Assembly (NCBI RefSeq): GCF_036365525.1 | Contig: NC_090410.1 | Span: 20,804,182-20,868,181 of the forward strand | DNA from: Heterodontus francisci | Lineage: Eukaryota | Length of the DNA: 64,000 bases | Reading direction: 5' to 3' | Shown here: one piece after another, positions 46,601 through 58,260 of the stretch | Position numbering within the stretch: position 1 is the first letter of the stretch | How the letters are laid out: each line of letters opens with the position of its first letter | Made by a program: the position numbers and the translations under genes | Notes under the pieces: model-generated | Seen by the model: only the letters and a program-made list of their open reading frames with translations | Database searches by the model: none | Told to the model about the DNA's origin: nothing

Positions 46601-48015
46601 GATTTTATCGCAGAGCACTTGGAGAACAGTGGTAGAATCGGGCAGAGTCAGCATGGATTTATGAAAGGGAAATCATGCTTGACAAATCTACTAGAATTCT
46701 TCGAGGATGTAACTAATAGAGTTCATGAGGGGGACCTAGGGGATGTGGTTTATTTGGACTTTCAGAAGGCTTTCGACAAAGTCCCACATAAGAGATTAGC
46801 GTGTAAAGTTAATGCGCATGGGATTTGGGGTAGTGCATTGCAATGGATAGAAAATTGGTTGGTGGACAGGAAACAAAGAGTAGGGATAAATGGGTCTTTT
46901 CCGAATAACAGACAGTGACTAGTGGGGTACCGCAGAGACTGGCGCTAGGACCCCAGTTATTCACAATATACATTTACGATTTAGATGAGGGAACTAAATG
47001 TAATATTTCCAAATTTGCAGATGACACAAAACTGGGTGGGAGAGTGAGTTGTGAGTTGTTTAGATCTGACTAGACTTTATGTTCACGGGCATTTTCGTGC
47101 TTTCTTTTGACTCTGAACATAGCAAGAGGCTGCCTCCTTGTTAGAGAGGCTTCAGGGTGATTTGGACAAGTTGAGTGAGTGGGCTAATGCATGGCAGATG
47201 CAGTATAATGTGGATAAATGTGAGGTTTTCCACTTTGGTAGCAAAAACAGGAAGGCAGATTATTATCTGAACGGCTATAAACTGAGAGAGAGGACTATGC
47301 AGTGAGACCTGGGTGTTCTCGTACATCAGTCGCTGAAGGTAAGCATGCAGGTGCAACAGGCAGTAAAAAAGGCAAATGGTATGTTGGCCTTCACAGCAAG
47401 AGGAGTCGAGTACAGGAGCAGGGATGTCTTGCTGCAATTATACAGGGCCTTGGTGAGGCCACTTCTGAAATATTGTGTGCCGTTTTGGTCTCCTTATCTG
47501 AGGAAGGATGTTCTTGCTATATAGGGAGTGCAGCGAAGGTTTACCAGACTGATTCCTGGGATGGTGGGACTGATGTATGAGGAGCGATTGAGTCAGTTCG
47601 GATTATATTCACTGGAGTTCAGAAGAGTGAGGGGGGATCTCATAGAAACCTAGAAAATTCTAATAGGACTTGACAGGGTAGATGCAGAAAGGAAGTTCCC
47701 GATGGTGGGAGAGTCCAGAACCAGGGGTCATAGTCTAAGGATACGGGGTAAACCTTTCAGCACTGAGATGAGGAGAAATTTCTTCACCCAGAGAGTGGTG
47801 AGCCTGTGGAATTCGCTATCACAGAAATCAGTTGAGGCCAAAACATTGTATGTTTTCAAGAAGGAGTTAGATATAGCTCTTGGGTCTAAAGGGATCAAAG
47901 GGTATGGGGCAAAAGCGGGAACAGGTTACTGAGTTGGATGATCAGCTATGATCCTAATGAATGGTGGAGCAGGCTCGAAGGCCGTTTGGCCTACTCCTGC
48001 TCCTATTTTCTATGT
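43673..48015 (+). mobile_element. Near full-length CR1/HER1-type LINE (5'UTR, ORF1, endonuclease, RT, 3' tail), inactivated
   Basis: ORF1 at 44089; endonuclease VGITETWL and IMGDFN; RT QHGFMKGKSCLTNLLEFF, DFQKAFDKVPH, FADDTKL; ctatgttt tail; ttccc duplication; many stops and frameshifts. Confidence 0.92.
44089..44889 (+). pseudogene. CR1 ORF1 protein: CxxC...CxxC zinc finger, leucine zipper and SGNH/GDSL esterase; disrupted
   Basis: CFSC...CRKC, LEAQVSEL, VIEDSIVRG (GDS changed to EDS), CCLPGA, VHIGTNDIG; the C-terminal DGLHL lies after a frameshift. Confidence 0.85.
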
Positions 48016-48971
48016 TTCCCATGCATCTGCTGCCCTTGTCCTTCTGGGTGGAGGAGGTTGTGGGTTTGGAAGGTGCTGTCAAAGGAGGCATGGTGAATTG
48101 CTGCAGTGATACACACTGTTGCCACTGTGTGTCGGTAGCGGAGGGAGTGAATGTTTCAGGTGGTGGATGGGGTGCCGATCAAGCGGGCTGCTTTGTCCTG
48201 GATGATTTTGGGCTTCCTGAGTGTTGTTGGAGCCGCGCTCATCCAGGCAAGTGAAGAGCATTCCATCATGCTCCTGACTTTTTTTTGTTCTTTCAGGAGC
48301 TGTGGGCATTGTTGGCAAGGCCAGCATTTGTTGCCTATCCCCCCTTGCCCTTGACAACTGATTGGCTTGCTAGACCATTTCAGAGGGCAGTTAAGAGTCA
48401 ACCGCTTGTGCCTTGTAGATGGTGGACAGGCACTGGGGAGTCAGGAGGTGAGTTACTGCAGAATTCCGAGCCTCTGACCTGCTCTTGTAGCCACAGTATT
48501 CAGGTGGCTGCTCCAGTTCAATTTCTGGTCAATGTTAACTCCCAAGATGTTGATAGTAGGGGATTCAGCGATGGTAATGCTATTGAATGTCAAGGGGGGA
48601 TGGTTAGATTCTCTCTTGTTGGATATTGTTATTGCCTGGTCCTTGTGTGGTGCAACTGTTACTTGCCACTTATCAGCCCAAGCCTGAATGTTGCTCAGGT
48701 CTTGTTGCATATGGACTGGGCTGCTTCAGTATCTGAGGAGTTGCGAATGGAGCTGAACATCATACCTGGACTTGATGGCCTGCATTCTAGAGGCTTCAAA
48801 GAAGTAGCTGTATTGGTTGTCGTCTTTCAAAATTCCTTAGATTCTGGAAAGGCCCCAGCGGATTGTAATCCACAAATGGCACACCTCTATTCTAGAAAGG
48901 AGGGAGACAGAAAGCAGGAAACTATAGGCCAGTTAGCCTAAAACCTGTCATTGGGAAAATGCTGGAAACCA

Positions 48972-49358
48972 GGGGGAGATGGTGGCGTAGTGGTAATGTC
49001 ACTGGACTAGTAATCCAGAGGCCATGGCTAATGCTCTGGGGACATGGGTTTGAATCCCACCATGGCAGATGGTGGAATTTGAATTCAATTAATAAAAAAA
49101 ATCTGGAATTAAAAGCTAGTCTAATGGTGACATGAAACCATTGTTGACTGTCATTTAAAAAAACCCCATCTGGTTCACTAATGTCCTTTAGGGAGAAAGA
49201 CCTGCTAACCTTACCTGATCCGGCCTTTATGTGACTCCAGACCCACAGCAATGTGGTCAACTCTTAACTGTCCTCTGAAATGGCCCAGAAAGCCACTTAG
49301 TTCACGGGCAATTAGGGATGGCCTAGCCAGTGATGTCTACATCCCACAAACAATAAAA
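48972..49358 (+). mobile_element. Full-length tRNA-derived SINE sharing its 3' tail with the family-B LINE
   Basis: A box tggcgtagtgg, B box ggtttgaatccc; tail gggcaattagggatggc as in family-B 3' ends. Confidence 0.85.
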
Positions 49359-49737
49359 ATTATTTAGGAGGTAGGAGCAGGACATTTAGAAAATCATAAT
49401 AAAATTAGGCAGAGTCAACATGGTTTTATGAAAGGGAAATCGTTTTTGACAAATTTATTAGAGTTCTTTGATGATGTAACAAGCAGGGTAGATAAAGGGG
49501 AACCAGTAGATGTAATGTATTTGGATTTTCAAAAGGCACTCAATAAGGTGCAATAACAGTTTACTACACAAGATAAGAGCTCATGGTGTTGGGGGTAATA
49601 TATTAGCATGGATAGAGGATTGGCTAACTAACAGAAAACAGAGTCAGAATAAATGGAGCATTTTCAGGTTGACAAACTGTAATTAGTGGAGTACCACAGG
49701 GATCAGTGCTGGGGCCTCAACTGTTTACAATCTATGT

Positions 49738-50860
49738 CATAGTTGTGCAACCTTTTTGAGCGGTGTGCCGCATTAGGATTTACGCTCGGCCGGGTGGGGC
49801 CGATGAACAAATTTTGAAAGATAAAGGCATTAAAAATTTATCTTACTAATAAAAACAACAACAAATGTGCATTTTTGTTAAGAAGCTTTAAATGAGAAGA
49901 CTAATTTATTGACTTACTTCTCGTCATTATATTTAAAACTGATTTAGTGACATAGCTGGCATTGTCTTTGCTTGCCTAAATAGTCAATCTCTGCCCACAC
50001 AGTTGATGTAGTGATGCAGAGTATTCTGGATAGATATCCATCTGTCAGGAGTGATCTTGATCTCTCTCTCTGTCTCTATCTCTCTTTCTCTCCCTGTGTT
50101 CCCCCTCTCTATGTTGTTCCCCTCCTCTCTGTGTTGTCCTCACTCTCTGTGTTCCCCCTGCCACCTCTGTCCCCTGCCTCTCTCTGTCTCCCCTCTCACT
50201 CTCTGTTCCCCCCTCTCTCTCTCTGGCCCCTCTCTGTTTCCCTCCCTCTCTTTGTTTCCCCCCCTCTCTCTCAGTTTCCTCTCTCTGTTTGTTTCCCTCC
50301 CTCTCACTCTGTTCACTCCCCCCTCTGTCCTCTCTCTCTCTGTTTCCCTCTCTCTCTTTGTTTCCCCCCCATTCTCCCAGTTCCCCCTTTCTCTTTGTTT
50401 CCCTCGCTCTCAGTTCCCCCTCTCTCTCTTTGTTTCCCCCCTCTCTCTTTGTTTCCCTCCCTCTTTGTTTCCCTCCCCTCTCTCTCTGACAGTTACACTG
50501 AGCGGAAGCGCTCAGCACAGAAGCTTAGTGGTTCGTCAGTTTGTTTAAAAACATTGTGCTGTCAGTTTCACAGCTGACAGCTGCTGAAGCAGGAACGCGC
50601 TTCCCAACTTTGGACAGTTTTGGGGTTTTCCAGTGGGCTTTTAAAAAAAGTCAGAAAACCCCAATTTGGGAAGCGCATTCCTGCTTCAGCAGCTCTCGGC
50701 TGTGAAACTGACAGCGTGATTTTTTAAAAAGGGAAATTTACCAGTCACGGAGCCCTGGCGAGGATGAGGAACGCCCCGGGTACAGTTTACGCCCGCGGGC
50801 TGGATGGAAGCCTTTAGTAGGCCGAATTCTGGCCCATGGGCCATATGTTGGACAACCCTG
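49738..50860 (-). mobile_element. Non-autonomous hAT (Charlie/SPIN-like) DNA transposon
   Basis: TIRs CATAGTTGTGCAAC / CAGGGTTGTCCAAC; perfect 8-bp TSD ATCTATGT (49730-49737, 50861-50868); transposase C-terminal remnant SRSLLTDGYLSRILCITTSTVWAEIDYLGKQRQCQLCH* at 50060-49944. Confidence 0.9.
50061..50488. repeat. CT-rich low-complexity polypyrimidine tract
   Basis: Degenerate ctctctgtttcccc units over ~430 bp. Confidence 0.95.
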
Positions 50861-50961
50861 ATCTATGTTAATGACGTGGATGAAGGGCCCAAGTGTGTTG
50901 TAGCCAAGTTTGCTGACAATACAAAGATAGGTTGGAAAGCAAGTTGTGAGGAGGACAGAAA

Positions 50962-51566
50962 GGGTGGAATTTAATGGGCCCCTGTGAGACAGGCTGAGAC
51001 AGGCTGGGCCCATAGTATTGTGATGGAAGTGCGGGGAGTGGAGGCGGAAGGCCGATCACCTTCCCATCGCAATTAAGTCAGGGGTGGGAAGGAGGAAGCT
51101 GGCCTTCCCCCCATAGGCCATTTAAGGTCCTTCAGTGCTGGTTACGAGCCACTTAAGGGCCTCTTCCTGCCGCCGCTGGAATTATACCAGTAAAACAAGG
51201 TGGCCTCCCTGTGACCTTGAGGAGGGGGACGGAAGGCCCCTGGCGGCAAAGGCCACCCTCTGTGAAGACAACCCTTCTCTCAACGCCGTCCTTCCTCGCC
51301 CTCGCCGAGGCTTACCAGACTGGCACCAATAATCCCACCAAACTCACCTTGGGTCCGGGTCACCAGTGCCGGGCCTGGTCCCGGGTCTAGCCCTCTGATT
51401 GGTCGGCAGCCTGGGAGGCAGGATCCCCATCTTCATGGCACCGGACAGTTAATTGCCCGAGCGCAGTTGAATTGTGCCGGGGGGGAATCTGAAGGGTCGA
51501 GGCAGGGTTCCCCTCGCCTTTTTTGCCCTACATCAGGACCCCAGCCAACTCGATTAAATACAGCCC
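50962..51566. mobile_element. GC-rich PIF/Harbinger-like MITE
   Basis: Imperfect TIRs GGGTGGAATTTAAT / GGGCTGTATTTAAT; 3-bp AAA flanks; host CR1 resumes at 51567. Confidence 0.7.
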
Positions 51567-51664
51567 AAAGATTCTGCAAAGGAACATAGATAGGTTAAGT
51601 GAGTGGGCAAAAATTTGGCAGATGAGGTCTAATGTGGGAAAATGTGAAGTTGTGCACTTTGGCA

Positions 51665-51785
51665 ATCCTGAAATGTTAACTCCACTTCTCTCTCCACAGA
51701 TGCAGCCTGACCTGCTGAGTATTTCCAGCACTTTTTGTTTTTATTGCAGATTTCCAGCATCTGCAGTATTTTGCTTTTATTTTAG
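51665..51785 (+). mobile_element. Penelope-derived single-arm fragment
   Basis: ctgaaatgttaact...tttccagcatctgcagtattttgctttt, matching the 34959 arm. Confidence 0.75.
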
Positions 51786-51811
51786 TGGCAAGCTCTGACA
51801 TTGGTAACTGA

Positions 51812-52178
51812 TTTTTTTTTTAGCGATACAGCACTGAAACAGGCCCTTCGGCCCACCGAGTCTGTGCCGAACATCAACCACCCATTTATACTAATCCTAC
51901 ACTAATTTCATATTCCTACCACATCCCCACCTGTCCCTATATTTTCCCTACCACCTAACTATACTAGGGGCAATTTATAATGGCCAATTTACCTATCAAC
52001 CTGCAAGTCTTTGGCATGTGGGAGGAAACCGGAGCACCCGGAGGAAACCGGAGCACCCAGAGGAAACCCACGCAGACACAGGGAGAACTTGCAAACTCCA
52101 CACAGGCAGTACCCGGAATTGAACCGGGGTCGCTGGAGCTGTGAGGCTGCGGTGCTAACAACTGCGCCACTGTGCCGC
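51812..52178 (-). mobile_element. HE1-type V-SINE with an internal 19-bp tandem duplication
   Basis: ggaggaaaccggagcaccc occurs twice at 52021-52058. Confidence 0.92.
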
Positions 52179-52323
52179 ATGTTAAATGGGGACTGAATTC
52201 ATTAACAAGCGTCTGTTCTTTTTTGTTGCTTTTTTCTCTTTCAGGTCTCTTTATGTCTGCTTCCTGTATCTATGTACAGATTCCTGAAAAATATGGGAAT
52301 TCTGGTTAATCTGGGAACAAATA

Positions 52324-52658
52324 GGGCAGCACAGTGGCGCAGTGGTTAGCACTGCAGCCTCATAGCTCCAGCAACCCAGGTTCAGTTCTGGGTACTGCCT
52401 GTGCGGAGTTTGCAAGTTCTCTCTGTGATCGCGTGGGTTTCTGCCGGGTGCTGCAGTTTCCTCCCACAGCCAAAGACTTGCAAGTTGGTAGGTAAATTGG
52501 CCATTGTAATTTGCCCCTGGTGTAGGTAGGTGGTAGGAGAATGGTGGGGATGTGGTAGGGAATATGGGATTAATGTAGGATTAGTATAAATGGGTGGTTG
52601 ACGGTCGGCACAGACTCGGTGGGCCGAAGGGCCTGTTTCAGTGCTGTATGATTCTATG
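52324..52658 (+). mobile_element. HE1-type V-SINE
   Basis: A/B boxes, V domain and CR1-like tail. Confidence 0.92.
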
Positions 52659-52689
52659 ACTAACAGTATACACCTACACAAAGCTAGCA

Positions 52690-55600
52690 TTCTTGCCTCT
52701 GAATAGTGAGAGAAGAGGTGCTGTTCTGGTATCTTACAAAGCAAGGAGCAGTTTGAGAGAGGGAGCCAGAGAGTGTGAGAGCTGAAGTCTAGAGGCATTA
52801 ATTAGGTGAGCAGGTAGGCGATTTGGTTGGTGAGTTGTAAAGTTTTTTTCTAGAGCAGTAGTTTAAACTGGGACAGGTATAAGTACTATATCAAATTTAC
52901 AGCTTAACTAGTTAAACTATTTAACATAACTATAAATAATCATTGAATAAAGAACTGAATTAATTAAGTAAAATAAGGCTAGTCTAAGATATGGCAGAGC
53001 AGGTTGTGCGTCTGGACAGCTGAATGTGGGAGCAAACATATCTGCAGAAAATGTCTCCATTTTGAATCTCTCCAGGGAAGGGAGGGTGTGACTGTTAGGC
53101 ACCCGGGTAGTGGGGATTTAGGAGAGGTTGAGAAGGCGGTCCCACAGACACTTCTCCTGGCTATCAGGTACGATATACCTGTGAGGACAAGGAGAAAGAC
53201 TACAGGGAGGAAAGCTACCATGCAGGCCTGGGTACTGTGGCTCAGAAGGCTGTCCAAGTGGGGGGAGAGCAAATAGAAATGTGGTAGTTATAGGGAACTC
53301 TATAATTATGAGGATAGATAGCGTCCTCTGCAGCCAAAAACGAGAATCCCGAAGGGTGTGTTGCCTACCCGGTGCCAGGGTAAGGGTTTCTCATAGCAGC
53401 TGGAGAGGAGCTTGGAAAGGGAGGGGGTAAATCCAGTTGCTGTGATCCATGTTGGAACAAACAACATAGGTAGGTACAGGAAGCAGGAACTGCTGAAAGC
53501 GTATCTGAAGTTAGGCTGTAAATTAAACAGCAGGACCATGAGGGTAATAATCTCCAGATTATTGCCTGAGCCACGTGCAAATTGGCACAGAAGCAGACAG
53601 ATCGGGAGAATTAACACGTGGCTGAAGGGCTGGTGTGGGAAAGAGGGTTTCCTTTTCATGGGACACTGGCACCAGTTCTGGGACAGGAAGGAGCTGTACC
53701 GATGGAATGGCCCCATGTCCCAGCAGAAAGGGTAAATAGGGAGGTGACAAAGCCTTTAAATTAGTAAGGTTGGGGGGAGGGATCTACAAGAAATGATCGC
53801 GATCTCCCACGCTGCACCTCTTTTAATCACGTGGAGGGGGCAGGCTCTCCGACACTGGCAATGGCGTCAGCTGCCTGTGCACAGGTACCGTCACCATTTT
53901 TAAAGGACAGCTAGCCCTGCCAGTAGATTTAAATTAAAATTTTAAAAGACATACGACCCTCCCCGCCCCCGACAGTTGCAATCAAAATTCTATCGACCCT
54001 TTCCCACCCCCCCAATAACAATAACATTAAGTATTTGCCCTTTCCCTCCCCCCGCAAAATAGTTACCTTTCAAATATGACCTCTCCCCCCAAAGTTCATA
54101 GGTCACCCCTTCCCACCATCCCCTACACTAATGACGATAATTTGACCCCCATCCTCCCCACAAATCTTAAGTTCCCCCCTTCCCCACCAGTGCGGCATCT
54201 GCTTTCCCCAGACGGGAAAGTGAAGGCGCGGGAGTGCCGACCGCTGCGGAAATGTAAGATGGCAGGTAAGTGTATTTTAATTTATTCATTTAATTAATTT
54301 GCATATGTTAATGTAGGTCCCATCGCGAGCGGCGGTGGAGCTGCCACAGATCCTCGCCGCCTCTGGAAAGATCGGGCCCGGCTCTCCCGGCATCGGGCTC
54401 CGTGGCGGAATGATCATCCAGCTCCCCCTGCCACAGAGCCTAACGTCAGGGGCCCCCGGCCCTAAATGTAAACAAAACAGGGAGGGAGAGCGGAGGAAAA
54501 AAATAAAGTAAGGAAAGACGTTGATGGCAAGGGAATAAATGGAGTTATAGAACAGGAGTCTGAAAAGATGGTTAAACATAAAGTGAGAGGAAATCCTATT
54601 CATAATAAATTAAAATATTTGTACAGCAATGCACACAGTGTCCATAATAAAACAGGGAAGCTGGAGGTAATCATGCATTGGGAGGAGCCAGACACAGTCG
54701 GAATTACTGAAACATGGCTCCAGAAATATCAGGACCGGGAATTAAACACTGCAGGATATAATAGATTTAGAAAAGATAGAGAGGGAAAAAGGGGAGGCAG
54801 AGTAGCTGTACTTTTTAGGGTTAACATAATGACAGTGGAAAAAAGGGGTGCAGCTATCAGCAAGGCAAAAATAGAATCCAGATGGATAGAGGTAAAGATA
54901 ATAAAGGATTAATCACACTAATAACTGTAGTCTACATACCAGCTAATAGTGGAAGGGAGCTGGAGGAAGAAATATGCAGACAAATTAGGGAATTGAGAAA
55001 AAAAGCAGAATAATAATCATGGGGATATTAATGGGACAGAAGAGGTAGGTAAAGGGGATAATGGAATGGATTCCTACAATGTGTACAGGACTCCTTTCTG
55101 ACCCGATATGTAAAAAGCCCAACAAGGGAAGATTCACTATTAGATCGAGTAATGCGGAATGAAACTGGACAGACAAGAGAAGTAAAAGTAAGGGAACATC
55201 TATGTAACAGAGACAATAATATAATATACTTTAAGATAATAACAGAGAAAGATATAAGTATTACAAAAACCAGGTTAATAGATTGGAGAAAAGCTGGGCT
55301 GGATTTTACCCTGACGGCGGGGGTCCTGGCGACACGCTGGAAGGCAGGAGGGATGACGCCGCCTCGGCCTTGTTTCGAAAGCCTGGCCGAATTCCACAGC
55401 AGGCAGTCAATTAACTGCCCGCCCGGAGTCGCCGTCCCTTTAAGGAACAATCTCCCACCTCCAGAGCTGCCAGTCAATTGGAGGGCTGCAGCTCAGCATT
55501 ATCAGCAGTGCCATTGGAAATGGTGGCTGCTTTAAAGACGTCTGCAAACGCGACATGAAGTTCCGTGACATTGACCACAAGTTGTGGGAGTCAGTTGCCA

Positions 55601-56485
55601 GTGATCGCCGGAGCTGGCGGACAGCCATAAAGGCGGGGCTAAAGAGTGGCGAGTGGAAGAGACTTAGCAGTTGGCAGGAAAAAAGACAGAAGTGCAAGGA
55701 GAGAGCCAACTGTGTAACAGCCCCAACAATTAATTTTATCTGCAGCGCCTGTGGAAGAGTCTGTCACTCTAGAATTGGCTTTTATAGCCACTCCAGGCGC
55801 AGCTCCACACACCACTGACCACCTCCAGGCGCTTACCCATTGTCTCTCGAGACAAGGAGGCCAAAGAAGAGAAGATTAATAGGGGCATAGAGTACAAGAG
55901 CAAGGAAGTTATGTTGAACTTGTATAAGACTCTAGTTCGGCCTGAGCTGGAGTATTGCGTCCAGTTCTGGGTGCCGCACTTTAGGAAAGACACGAGGGCA
56001 TTGGAGAAAGTAGAGAAAAGAATCACGTGAATGGTTCCAAGGATGAGGAACTTCAGTTATGAAGATAGAGTGGAGAGGTTCAGACTGTTTTCCTTGTAGA
56101 AGAGAAGGCTGAGAGGTGATTTGACAGAGGTATTCAAAATCATGAGGGATCTGGACAGAGCAGATAGAGAGAAACTATTCCCACTCATGAAAGGATTGAG
56201 AACGAGAGATTTAAAGTATTTGGTAAGAGAAGCAAAAGTGACATGAGGAAAAACTTTTTCAAGCAGCGAATTGTTAAGGTCTGGAATGCGCTGCCTGACA
56301 GTGTGGTGGAGGCAGGTTCAACTGAAGCATTCAAAAGGGACTTAGACAGTTATATGAAAGGGAAGAATGTGCAGGGTTATAGGTGGAAGGTGGGGGAATG
56401 GAACTGAGGGAACTGATCTTTCAGAGAGACAGTGCCGACACGATGGGCCGAATGGCCTCCTTCTGCACTGTAATGAATCTGTGAA
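52690..56485 (+). mobile_element. CR1 remnants: 5'UTR, esterase ORF1 and endonuclease to ~55290, and a 3' end at 55875-56485; MITE inserts at ~53795-54465 and ~55296-55530
   Basis: VIHVGTNNIG esterase (ORF 53412..53735); VGITETWL (ORF 54568..54912); LEYCVQFW near 55950. Confidence 0.8.
55535..55872 (+). mobile_element. RTE-clade LINE 3' end
   Basis: ORF 55555..55818 LWESVASDRRSWR...CSACGRVCHSRIGFYSHSRR; gaag tail. Confidence 0.88.
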
Positions 56486-56944
56486 ATCTGGCAAAGCAGA
56501 ACAGGTGCCAGCAGCGTAGGACCCAGATAGAAGAATAAAGCAGAGCAAGTTTAAATGTAGCTGATGTAACATCAGTCACTTTATGGCGCAAGCATTGTTA
56601 AAAGAGTCAGAATTAAAATAATCAGAAATGGAGGCCCATGGTGACATCATTATCCTGGCCTCACATGTACAAACACGGATCTCAAAATCGTAATTGGAAT
56701 TCTGTGGGATTATGGAGAGTGACAATGGGTGAGATGAAAGAAGTAAAAGAACAATGCCAAATGATCCACTGTGCCACAGGCACATCCCTCTGCCAGTCAT
56801 TGCCCTCGAAGCAACCAACAGACTCAGGATCGTTGATTTTTAAGCTATCGCCAAGTTCAAATGTGTAGCGTTAGTATCGGGGGGGGGTGGTGGTGGTGGG
56901 GGTGTGGAACTGCTTAGAGACCACTGCTATGAAGAAAAGCGAGA

Positions 56945-57230
56945 ACATGCATTTATATACCGCCTTTCACAACCTCAAAGTGCTTTACCACCAACAATCC
57001 ACTTTTGAAGTGCAGTCACTGATGTAATGTTGGAAACACGGCAGCCAAATTGTGCACTGCAAAATCCCACAAACAAGAGTCTATTCTAATGATGTTGGTT
57101 GAGGGATAAATATTGGCCAGGACACCGGGGAGAACTCCCCAACTCTTTGAAATAGTGTCATGGGGTCTTTTATATCTACCTAAGAGGGCAGACGGAGCCT
57201 CGGTTTGACATCTCATCCAAAAGACGGATC
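56945..57230 (-). mobile_element. SacSINE1-type DeuSINE
   Basis: ggagttctcccggtgtcctggccaatatttatccctcaaccaacatc core; aaggcggtatataaatgca tail. Confidence 0.75.
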
Positions 57231-57819
57231 TGAAAGTGAAATAACTACTCTGTGGAGAGGCTAGATGTTTGTTACAGAGGAAGAGGACAAAGGAACATGG
57301 TGTCAGCTCCCAGAGATCAAACAAATCCCTCAGTTATTCCTTATACATTGTTAAAACCGATATTTTCCTACTTATTCATTCCCGTCCTCAAACTAATGTA
57401 ATTAGAAGATATTTTTTAATTAAAAGCTTTGATGTTAAATATCATTATGCTCCCAGATTCTCACATGTAAGCTGTGCTGGTAATTAGAATGGATTGGTTA
57501 CAGTGAATATATCTGATTAGAAAACCACAGGAAATGTGGAATTATAATAAGATTCTTCGGAGTGGGAAGGGCTTTTGTCAGTTAAGTCAATTAATCGGCT
57601 GAATGACTATTAAATTGAATAGATCCCTCACAATAGCAATTAGGATAATTAATACATTAATCAATGTATGAGGACTCCCTTGACAGATCAACATGTTCAG
57701 CCACCAAGTCATACAGACCAGAAGGTTCTAGCTTCATTCGCAGATCTGTGCGGAATTAGCTGAGTTTAGCCAGGTTGGTGGGAGTGGCGGTACAGTTAGC
57801 CTTTCTTTCCAACTTCTGT

Positions 57820-58260
57820 AAGCTTGAACTCATTCAAAACTCTGCTGCCCGTCTCCTAACTCACACCCAGTCCCATTCACCCATCACCTTGTGACCCACA
57901 TTGTCTCTCAAAATTACATTTCTCATGCTTGTCTTCAAAGCCCTCCACGGCCTTGCCCCGTTCCCATCTCAGCAACCTCCTCTAGCCCTACAATTCTCAG
58001 AGAACTCTGTGCTTCTCCAATTCTAGCATTCCCAATTTTCATTGCTTCACAATTGCCCTAATCTCTGGAATTCCCTCCCAAAATCTCTACATCTCCTCTG
58101 TTAATATGCTTCTTAAAATCGACCCCTTTGGCCAAGCTTTGGGTCATTTGTCCGAATATCTCCTGTGCTCGATATCACATTTTGTCTCCTAACCTTCTTG
58201 TGAAGTGCTTTGGGACATTTTACTATATTAATGGTACTAAATAAATCCAAATTTTTGTTA
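57820..58260 (+). mobile_element. L2-like LINE 3' fragment
   Basis: attcaaaactctgctgccc (QNSAA) and ttcaaagccctccacggcctt motifs. Confidence 0.7.

Larger units (their letters stand above)
43478..48762 (-). mobile_element. Family-B CR1-clade LINE fragment, split by a near full-length CR1
   Basis: Host ggtggtgttccc|atgcatctgctgccc is interrupted at 43672 and resumes at ~48016. Confidence 0.8.
39900..51665 (+). mobile_element. Old CR1 LINE split into about 9 co-linear pieces by nested insertions
   Basis: 5'UTR similar to 52690-52990. Endonuclease at 41040-41756; ORF2 resumes at 42730, 43449, ~48765, ~49360, 50869 and 51567 after each insert. Confidence 0.75.

Noticed and set aside
50011-50577. 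Long Pro/Ser/Leu-rich and Arg/Glu/Gly-rich ORFs
   Set aside because: Low-complexity CT tract that lacks stop codons.
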